DNA of 64,000 nucleotides from Ruditapes philippinarum (Eukaryota): NCBI RefSeq assembly GCF_026571515.1, contig NW_026860607.1, positions 1 to 64,000 of the forward strand, read 5' to 3'. Shown piece by piece: positions 54,283 to 64,000 of this stretch (position 1 is its first letter; each line of letters starts with the position of its first letter). The notes under the pieces were generated by a model. It saw only the letters and a program-made list of their open reading frames with translations, ran no database searches and was not told where the DNA came from. The position numbers and the translations under genes were made by a program.

Positions 54283-54770
54283 GATAAGATCAACAAGGAA
54301 AGACGGCGTTTATTGAACGCAATCCCCACACGACCCAGCGGAAAGGAGCCAAGGAGGACCCAAACATAAACAGGACAGGGCGCAATGCAGAGCACGGACA
54401 TGAAGAAACAACAGCAACTGACAAGGAAATAAAAATCAAAGAAAAACAAATAAATGATCGATCAACAGGCCCACCAAGCAACACGGCACAGGGGAAGGAG
54501 ACAGGAGATTCTGGAAAGGGGGAATAAAAGAAAAAAAAACAGGGGCGAAAGGCAAGATACCCCACCATATTCTTATAAACGAGACAGTGTAAATAAAATT
54601 AATCCCCGCCAAGTGAAAATGTCTTAAAGGAAGACGGAGAAACAAGAAAATCACCTACAAAGGCCCGACAAAGCAAGGCAGAAGACGAGCATCAAGGCAA
54701 TTCAGTTCCAAGAGCTTTAAGAACTGCCCATCATAGAGTCTCCCACTTGGTTAATCAGGTGTAATCAAAA
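54283..54770 (-). repeat. Interspersed repeat related to 30595-31200
   Basis: ATAAGATCAACAAGG start and ACAAGAAAATCACCTACAA.GGCCCGAC...ATAGAGTCTCCCACTT are shared. Confidence 0.6.
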
Positions 54771-55696
54771 TAGGAAAGCGCAGTTCGACGAGTTAATAAG
54801 TCGTGTTAAACCGACTATTGCTGATGTGACAAGAACATATACATTACGCTAGTGTGACTTTTTCAAACATTAGTTATATACAATGTACTTGATATTAACT
54901 CTCGTAATCTATACGGACAGAACCAAAGTGAAATCGATTATATGAATAAGTGCTATAATGTATTCATTATTGACATGTAAATAAAATCAGACTATATATT
55001 ATCTTTTATTAAAAAGTACAGCGTGTTTATAATACAAATAAATAGAACAAATAGAATTTGATGGATTCGAACCTTAGAGTTTACGTATATATTCTTGAAG
55101 TGAAAAACCTTTACCGACTGCGCTAAGAGAGATTCTTAATTAATTTAGGCCTTTTGACAACTGGTTTTAGACCTGAATATAAACAAAAAGATGATAACAT
55201 TTATTGAATTTACCGACTATAGGGTCAATATTGTTGGACAATACATGGCATATAGCCTTTCTAAAATAGAATTGTATTGTTTTGCAATTTTGAATTGAGA
55301 CTTTTTAATTTTTGGAAGCGATTTACAAATTGATTTTAATGGTAGGAAATGTCTCAATATTTTACTATACGCTCGTGATGACCAAGTAGTAAGTCTGATA
55401 GCATAACAGTCCCGAAGGTGCAAGTTCGAATCTTCAACAAACTATTTTTTACAGATGTTTATTTATTTTAGTTATAAGCAGGATTAGTGAATCATTTTAT
55501 TAATTTCATTTAAAAAGATCATAAATTTGATGTATATGTAGATTCATAATTTCAATTTTGTAAAGTCGTACAATAGATGATTGGCATGCACAAAAACCTA
55601 GTAGTCAAGTTTCGCAAAATATAAGAAAGATAAACATGAAAAATAAATTAAATTAAGACTTCAACTTAAAACAAAAACTCTAAGCTCCTTTTTGTA

Positions 55697-56113
55697 CGGT
55701 GATACAGATGTGACATGTGTGTATTTTTATTTATCTCGTGCACACGAGATATTTTGTCGTAGCCACGAGATACTATGTCGTGGCCACGAGTTACTAAGTC
55801 GTGGCCACGAGATAATGAAGTGATGCGCACGAGATGCTTTGTCGTGGCCACGATGTTCTAAGTCGTCATATAAATATTGTAATCTGACTGGTTATTTATC
55901 TCGTGCGCACGACTTATAATTAATCATCTCGTTTTCCCGACTAAGTAACTCGTGGCAAAGACATAATATCATGTTCCCACGACTTAATTATCTCGTGGCC
56001 ACGACTTAGTAACTCGTGACTCGTTCCCACGACTTAACTATCTCATGCCCAAGACTAAGTATCTCGTGCGCACGAGATAAATAAAAACACACACATGCAC
56101 CTTTGTGCCACCG
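55697..56113. mobile_element. TA-flanked foldback MITE with an internal ~21-bp palindromic array (CGTGGCCACGAG...)
   Basis: TA|CGGTG...ATGTGTGT.TTTT.ATTTATCTCGTGC.CACGAGAT ... ATCTCGTGCGCACGAGATAAATAAAAACACACACAT...CACCG|TA. Confidence 0.8.
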
Positions 56114-56809
56114 TATCATTGTGAGGGTAGAACGGCAAAAGTTATACATAAATCATGTTTACCATTATGTCATACTTTTAACCCATTACTTCATGATCAT
56201 TTTGTGAAAAATGGCTGTTTTCATTGAAAAGTATCCCGTTACAAGTTCAAATTGCTATATAACTATGAAAACTGCTTCAATACTAATCAAACGTGGCACA
56301 AATGTTCACTGGACCATTGCCTTTGTAACAATATGCTCAGGCTTAAATTTCCTGTTACCATGACAACGAGGGGACATCTCAATATTGCCAAAAATCACTA
56401 TTTTGCGTTGATATTTTCCATCAAAATTGATTTTAAAGTGCTGCAACTTCTCAATGGATTGAGATAAAGTCACATGCTTTTCAGCGTTGGTTACACATTT
56501 TATTATGATCGATCTGGGGTCATTTTTACTTGAAACTTGAAACTTTGTATTTAATTAAACGCCTGTTTCTATTTAACAATATTCAACGGCGTTGTACAGT
56601 ACATATAATATAATAAGAATCAACATCAAATGAAATAAAAGCTTTAACATACAATTCCAATTAACATATTTTTAAAAAAATTTAGAGACCTTAAAATGAT
56701 AAAACTGATTCAAATAGATTAAAAAAAATTAAACATTCATTTACATTGCACATTCATCACACTGTCAGTCATCAGTTATACATTACTCATGTCTATCTCA
56801 TTTCAGATT

Positions 56810-57748
56810 TTAAAATAGTGATTCAAACTTTCTGAAAAAATGTGTTTTAAGATTTCTCTTAAATACATCAATATTTTTAGATTGTTTCAACTCTAATGGC
56901 AGCGGATTCCACAATTTTGGACCAATAGTTCCGAAACTTCTGTCACTAAATGTTTTTCTTTTATTAAATGGAATAACGTAGCAGTTCTGAGAGGTTTTAG
57001 CTGAACGTAGTCGGGTATTTGGTACTTGTTTGGTTAGGAGTTCAGAAAGGTATTTTGGAGCATGACCGATTGAACAATTGTATACAAAAGTCAGAATTTT
57101 ATATTCGATTCTAGTTTTGATGGGCAGCCAGTGAAGGTCGAACAATGCTTGCCTTGAACTGTCAAATTTCTTTCGTTGCAGAACTAACTTAGCGCACATG
57201 TTTTGAATACGTTGCATTTTTTTCAATTCAAAATCGGATACACCATAAAGAATGACATTGCAATAATCCAAGTGTGACATTACGAGTGCTATTACTAGTA
57301 TTTCAGCTGCTTCTTTGGTGAGGTATTTTCGGATACGTTTTATTCTAAGATAGTTTAACATTGCAGTACGGCACTTTCGTTTGACATGTTCCTTGAAATA
57401 TAGTGTTTGGTCTAGAAATGCGCCTAAATATCTAATGGACTCTTCGGAGTTGATCTTATCTCCGTTTATACAAATGGATTTTAGGTGACACTTTTCGAGT
57501 TGTTGAGAACTTCCAAATGTTATGAATTCTGTTTTCGATGAGTTCATCTTGAGTTTATTAGCGTTCATCCAGTTGTTGATATCAATCGCACCATTTTCTA
57601 ATTCAGCAATTGCAGAAATTTCACTATTTTCTTCAGTCGGTTTAAAACGTTTGGTTGCAGTATGGTCATCAGCGAATCCATACAACGATAATCCAGATGG
57701 AATCACGTCAAACAAGGTTCCCGCATACGTTAGGTAGAGCCAAGGCCC
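56810..57748 (-). mobile_element. 5'-truncated non-LTR retrotransposon (CR1/L2 group), ORF2 RT C-terminal half, frame open
   Basis: GPWLYLTY...YGFADDH, NKLKMNSSKTEFI, LHWLPIKTRIEYKIL, APKYLSELL, GPKLWNPLP and FKRNLKTHFF. Confidence 0.9.
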
Positions 57749-58328
57749 TCACAAGTCAAAATTTTCTTGGCGATGAGGGGGACTGTCTCCCCCTTCAAAC
57801 CCCCCAAACAGAAGGGGGCACATTCCCCTTCTGGCAACCCCCTGATGTATCTTTTGGTTGGGGCCGCGCCGAAAAAGTGGTCACTTTTCATCAACATTTC
57901 TCAAATGAAAACGTGTGTTTTGGGCCCAAAAAGGACATTTCTTCAGTATTTGAGGCCTAAAAGAGGGAGGGGGGTCGAAAGTGCGTTGTTTCGCGTATAT
58001 ATGAGGTAAAGGGTTAAATCAATATGATTTACTTTGGAATCCGACAATCACCGACAAAAAGTCATTGAATATTCAAATGTCTCAGGCCATAAGAGACTAC
58101 CAAGCATTATTTACAAACCTTTATAACTTTTCTTCACCAAGGGTAGGTTTTCCTCATATCTAGGTTATCCTTCTATATTCTATATAAATGACGTCATTCT
58201 GCTCGGTACAGGGAAAACATGAGTAATTGGCTATTTTCAGAACACGTCAGACGACTTTTATTATTAGACTTGGCAGGATGACAGTAATGTTGAGACGTAC
58301 TTTTATGTGAATAAAAGGTGTTTTGTAT

Positions 58329-58700
58329 TATGTGGTTGATTTGTGCTATTTGTGTTTTTGTGTCCCCGCCAAGCAAAAATTCGAGAATTAACAAGTTAAA
58401 ATGGCGGGGCGCGGAGCGAAAACACGCTAATTAGCTGGGGCGCGGAACGAAGTTAAATAAATAAAACTTCGCCCCGCTAATTAGCGTGTTTTCGACCCGC
58501 GGCCCCGCCAAGCGAAAAGTCCCGCCGTTTTATAACTTTATTCTCGTTCCGCGCCCCCGCGGGGCGAAGTTAAATTTATTAAACTTCGCCCCACGCTCCC
58601 GCTAATTAGCGACTTTTCGCATCGCACCCCCGTCTTTTTAACTTTTTAACTTGGCAGGGTCGCGGGGCAAAAACACGAATGACACAAATTAGCCACCATG
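58329..58700. mobile_element. Foldback MITE with a GC-rich internal repeat (GCGGGGCG...CGCTAATTAGC)
   Basis: TGTGGTTGATTTGTGCTATTTGTGTTTTTG pairs with CAAAAACACGAATGACACAAATTAGCCACCA. Confidence 0.7.
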
Positions 58701-59592
58701 GTTTTGTTTAAGTTTTAAAACGATACAAAACCTTTTTTTATTTTTTTTATTTTAATACAATACACATGTATGAGTACAAAATATAGTATTTCGCAACTTT
58801 AAAACAAGCATGCAACACGTCCTATTGCTACATAATTAATTACCAAGTATAATCTTATGTTAGTGTTCATCCGTGCTGTTTTAGAGAAACTATAAACTTC
58901 GACGGGAGCATAAAATATAGTGAAGTATACAATGTCTAAAATGCAGTGATACAGTTCCTCAAATATATATATATATATAGTTAACCAAAACATAGTCGTG
59001 TGTACAATTAATTTTAAAAGCAATACAGGTATGAAACGTATCTGTGCCGCAGAACCCTTTTATGAAAAACAATGATGTAATTTTTTCGTCATTAAGAAGT
59101 AAAAAATTTTTTTTGTACTGTTTTTGTTTCTTTATTAAAACACAAGTCGTTTGTTTCATAGGAACATTGTTATTCATTTGCATAAGATATATGTCATTAT
59201 CAGTTAAGTCTTTGTTTATCATAAACAAACCAGTTTATTATACTTACTACAACTGGCATATATTAATACTGTTCACATATCTTAAATTTGCTATATACAA
59301 TATAGAAAAGGGAAATTCTATAGATTTCTAAAATGGCAAACAATAAAGGATTCAACAGAAATAGTTTGGCAAAAAAATAAAAAATTCAAACAACTCCATT
59401 CGTGAAATTAGTTTTAGGCTGTCACTTTCTCACTTCGTAAAAGTAAAGTTAAATATACCGTGTCTAAATGTTGTTGTCATCTACAAAAGATTTTTGCACC
59501 ACAGGTAATGCTAATGTCTCATCGACGGACACTCGTTAAGTACTGTGCTAATTTGCCCGTATACAGGTAAACAAGACTATAACTAACGCTAT

Positions 59593-60931
59593 TTAATGCG
59601 CCAGCAATGACAGCTTCACTCGATAATAACCTTCGCAAAACTCAGACGAGCTCATTACACAAAACTTTGCACCAGCAGGGTAAGTCCTTTCAGATTCACT
59701 ATACGAAGCGTACTTTTCTATATTTTTTGGCTGCCACGCACACTTCGCACTGTTGTCTATTACAAACAAAACAATATTTTCGCCTGGAGAATTTTCAACT
59801 GTCGGAAAACTTTGAGCGTTTACCTCATCTTTTGTTGAGGAAACTACAGATTGCCAGTAGAAAACCGTACCTCTTGTATACATGTTTACATCCTCCATTT
59901 TCATTTTCATCTGGCGGTACGTTGTTCCACTTTCAGGGGTTAGTTTGTCCCAAAAGAGCAATAGCATTTGGTACATGACAGTATACGGTCCAAGAGCCAG
60001 GTCATCTCCTGTTGGCTGGTAATTGGTACTTGTCTGTCTTCGCATAGCCATACTGATGTAATTGTAAAGGAAATTGGTTTCGATACTGTATGCCTTTACA
60101 ATCATCTTATAGAAATCTTCTTTAGTAGTGGTGTTTTCTATCATAATAGCATTTGCCTCGGATACAACAAACATAGAATCGCATACTTGTTTTTTCACCG
60201 CATCAAACCTTTGTTTGCTTCTATTCATATCCATCCAGATCGTATGTAAGATTTCCAGACCTGTTGCAAAAGGAGTAATTACGCCAGGATGAAATGTGGC
60301 TTTATATGAGGCAATGGTATTGCTTAGAAGTCCCAAATATAGTTCTCTCTGAAATGTGTATAGTTTTTGACCCATCATATTACATTTGTGTGCTGATAGT
60401 ATTCTATCCATGTCCGGGCGTTTGAATGCTCTTGCAATATCTAATGCACGCATTCCACTCGTGTCCCCGCATTCTGATGTGCACCTCTTTGTGCGCATAT
60501 CGGCATCACAAGCTTCATATTTTAGTAGTTTATTCAGGACATCTTTTTTATTCCAAAACGTCACTTGATGTATAACTCCCCAACGGCGTGAATCAGGAAT
60601 ACAGTTCAACAAATGAGCTTTTTTCGTCTTGTTCGGTTCGCCAATAATTTCCCATACCCGACCAAAGTTTCCATTTTTCGCCGAAAGAACCAAGTCATTA
60701 ATCAATTTTGACTCCTCTTCAATGCCATTGAAGGAACTGAAAAATACATATCTTTTTTCAGTCCTTTAAGAATATCATAATTTAAAAGAAATAATCATAT
60801 AAATAGATCTATAGTACTTAGCTATAGCGTTCATTATATTTAAGCTAAATAAAACCATTCTTTTAACTTTAAAAGATGACTTTGTTTTGTTTTGCTTGGT
60901 AAAATAGAACCTACCTGTTTGAAACTCCCAT
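59593..60931 (-). CDS. Second intact ankyrin-like + ARTC (R-S-ExE) mono-ADP-ribosyltransferase, ~386 aa; exon 1 60931-60915, exon 2 60736-59593; N-terminus MGVSNSS
   Basis: ATG GGA GTT TCA AAC AG|GTAGG joins TATTTTTCAG|T TCC TTC AAT in phase 2, at the same intron position as the 36741 paralog. Motifs: AYSIETNFLYNYISMAMRR, TYRQM, FYWQSVVSST and IEKYASYSESERTYPAGAKF. Confidence 0.85.
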
Positions 60932-63900
60932 CCTTCACTGGCATTGGATAAAAAAGGTTTGATTTTAAACTCTAAAAAATTGTCATTTATATTTTTAGAT
61001 ATGCGTAGTAATTGATCAGGTTTCTGAATCGAAAATAGGTTAGTATGGCACGTTCAAAAATAAGAACACATCGACTCTATATTTAAGACATTATTACATT
61101 ATTGCCTCTAAAACAGGGTTTTCTGTTAAACTGTTTGCTCTTTATTCTTAAATTAAAAAATGTAAATTGTGAAAATTCGTCCATAATAACGATTTAATTT
61201 GTGCAAATATGTGTTGGTATTTTTGACATCATATACATAAACTAACAAAATGGCAGAATCATGTGACTAAAATAATTCCAATATGTCGTCTAATTATGAA
61301 AGAGGTCTATTTCGAAGCATAATAGCCGGGGATACTGTTGTTGATCTGTATTATTTCTATGACCTGTCTTGTGTGTGTGTGTGTGTTGAGTTTATTTACC
61401 CTCGCCACCGGTTTAAAACCATATGGGCGAGCATATGCTTCATTTATTAAAGGGAAAACACTTTGTTTAGTTAATATCTGCATATGTGACTAGTGAGTAC
61501 AATATTTCCTGCCCCAACAATGCAAAATAATTGCATTGAATGGGGCCGGAAAACGGTGGGATTATATCCCACACTAAGATTAAAAAGCTGTATTTAAAAT
61601 TTAAACTTAAATTAAAAAGGGGGGAAGACGCTTATACGCGGACGTCTTCTATATAGGAAACAAAAAAACCCTAATAATTATGTTTAATGATAGCTTCATT
61701 TATTGCAAATCATATTTATAATGTTAAAACAAATATTAAAATGGGGGAAGACGCTTATACGCGTACGCCTTCTATAACAGACCAACACAGTTAGATTTGT
61801 AGATCTTAGTTTTTTAAACTTTATTTAACACATGAGAAGGTTTATAAGTATAAACCTTAGCAACACGCCTGAGAACATAGTTGTTTACAATTTGGCCATC
61901 ATTTAATACAATTACTTTTCGTAGGGAGAACAATGCAGAAACGATTTTGACAGATAGCGCCGAACCACGTTTAGTAGGTAAATTTTGATTGGCCGAAAAA
62001 TGTTGTGATTTGTATGGCTAATTTAAAAGAGATGATATGAAATGATTGGTTGATAGTAAACTGATTTCATTGGCGCATTTACTATCCGATTTTGGAGCTT
62101 AGCTTGAAGAATTTTGTGATCTAAACCACGTGGTCTCTGTATTGACATTTCTGCACTGTCTCCCATATAATGCTAAAAATAGTAACAACGGTGCCTGTTG
62201 AGACCAACCACGACACCGCTGTTTAATTATTTAAAAACAAGGAGGGGGATGGTACTGCTATAGTTGGAACATGATCTTATAAGAATAACAATGATATTCA
62301 GTACTTATATTGTTATTCTAGACTCTCTATAGACCTATACAAAAAGAATATAGAGAGATAGAAAATTTATACCCTGAAATGGCTATTAATAAATTGCTTG
62401 GTTACCTACAATGTGATGAGTACTGCTTTTTAGAGAAGAAAAAAGCTGCCTCATACTTGTTCTACTCAATGAATTAACGTATGCTCCATTTTTGTCATTG
62501 AGTAGATCACAGTATAAACTGTTTTATATAATGTTTATTTATATGGGTACAATCTGATATGGAGTCTTTGCTGACATTAAGGTTGTCTTTAAGAAACAAA
62601 GAACAGCATTATAATCCATAAGGACTGGTTATGCTAGTTTTGATATAGAATAAGACATCCTTAATGTGATGAAGTCCTCTTACTAACAAATAAAAGAGGA
62701 TTTCATACTTGATTGAGCCCTATATAGCCTTTGCTCCATATTATTGAATAGGGCTCAATTTTAACATATAGTATGTTATAGATTGTACCCTATATAAGAA
62801 TGAATAAAAATTAAGAAGATATTTTATATATTATATATTTACAAACAGACCAGCTGTTTATTATTTACAAGGGATAAAAATATAGATAGGAGGTATAAAA
62901 TGGAGTCTTTATGTGACATTGTAGGTATCATGTAGCCACAACCCAATTTTGATTGATCATGTACCAGGGACAATAAAAATAAGTGATAGTGTACAGTCAG
63001 TATTTAAGAAATATGTATTAAAATGTATTCAAAATGTAAATAAATAAGCAATATATAGTTATCTCACCGTTTAACGGCCACTTTTTAGGACCACTTTTAA
63101 AATTTAATTACATGTAATAAAAGAAACAATAGATTATTTACAATAAAAAGTGTCTGACCTATACACTATTACAACTTTTAAAAAATTTATATTTAATGGA
63201 GCTCATAAAATTTATCACAAGAATAGAACAAACTGAAAACAATAAAGTAATGATGGCAACACCCATTGGCAGGTAATTGGAAAATGTGTACACCTATATG
63301 AAAATACCATATTTTACATTAATAAAGCTGGCTCTCTTGGAGCTAAATGATAATAAGATGAAATAAAACAATACCAATTAAAGTTATTCATGGAGGAAAT
63401 ATGTACCCAAGGAAGGACAAACCACAAATTACCTAAAAATAGCACCATTAGAATAGGTATTAAACTAATACCAAATTACAAATGTATCTATGTGTGTTTC
63501 TACTATATGGAAACAGTTAAATATTTAATTAGGACAGCCTGGGGTCAAGTTTCCCTGAGGTACGGCCTGTCCACACGCTCAGTTCAGCCCGCCCCATATC
63601 TGTCCCTATCAAAATCTAATTGGAATATTTTATATAACATTTAAATTCTACTCTGGCACCCAGGTTGGTAAAAAATGTAAACAGATTTCAATATTTTCAT
63701 GTACAATGTTGGTTTCCCCTCTGACAGGTTATAATTTTTATGTTTCTATGTACATGTATAGAATTTCATTTATTACAGTAATTGGGGACACTTTGCCATT
63801 TATTCTCCTTAAAATTCATTTGTAATACATTTCATATGTTCCTTAATAGTTGAACTAAGTATGATTATAGAGTAAAACCAATAATAACCCAAAAATTCAA

Positions 63901-64000
63901 GTAGTGGGAGGACAACTCCTACTTATACCAGAAATTTGCCTTTTCTAGCTATAATTCTTATTTTCCTCCTATCCTATTATCAAATATTATGTTAAACTTG

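Noticed and set aside
57750-58017. ORFs 57655-57960 and 57767-58009
   Set aside because: Homopolymer-rich, low-quality-looking sequence at the LINE truncation point with no protein motifs.

Overview
AT-rich animal genomic DNA, most likely from a bivalve mollusc. That assignment is an inference from the repeat families and GT-AG introns. About half the window is transposon and repeat debris. Embedded in it is an expanded ADP-ribosylation writer/eraser cluster. The writers are two intact two-exon genes for cytosolic proteins with an ankyrin-like N-terminus and a cholera-toxin-like (R-S-ExE) mono-ADP-ribosyltransferase (ART) domain (36741-38489 -, 59593-60931 -), plus one dead copy (14226-15778 -). 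The erasers are two intact intronless ADP-ribosylarginine hydrolase (ADPRH/ARH1-like) genes (38806-39936 +, 45778-47031 +), plus the 3' tail of a third at the left edge (1-176 +). One ART and one ARH sit head-to-head with only 316 bp between start codons. A second ARH-ART unit is duplicated at an offset of about 45-47 kb. This layout resembles bacterial Arg-ART/ARH toxin-immunity or switch pairs (Tre1/Tri1, DraT/DraG). Other content: a full-length Mag-type Gypsy LTR element, a truncated Harbinger (transposase plus Myb-like gene), a 5'-truncated CR1/L2-group LINE, a decayed Gypsy, many MITEs and several tandem arrays.
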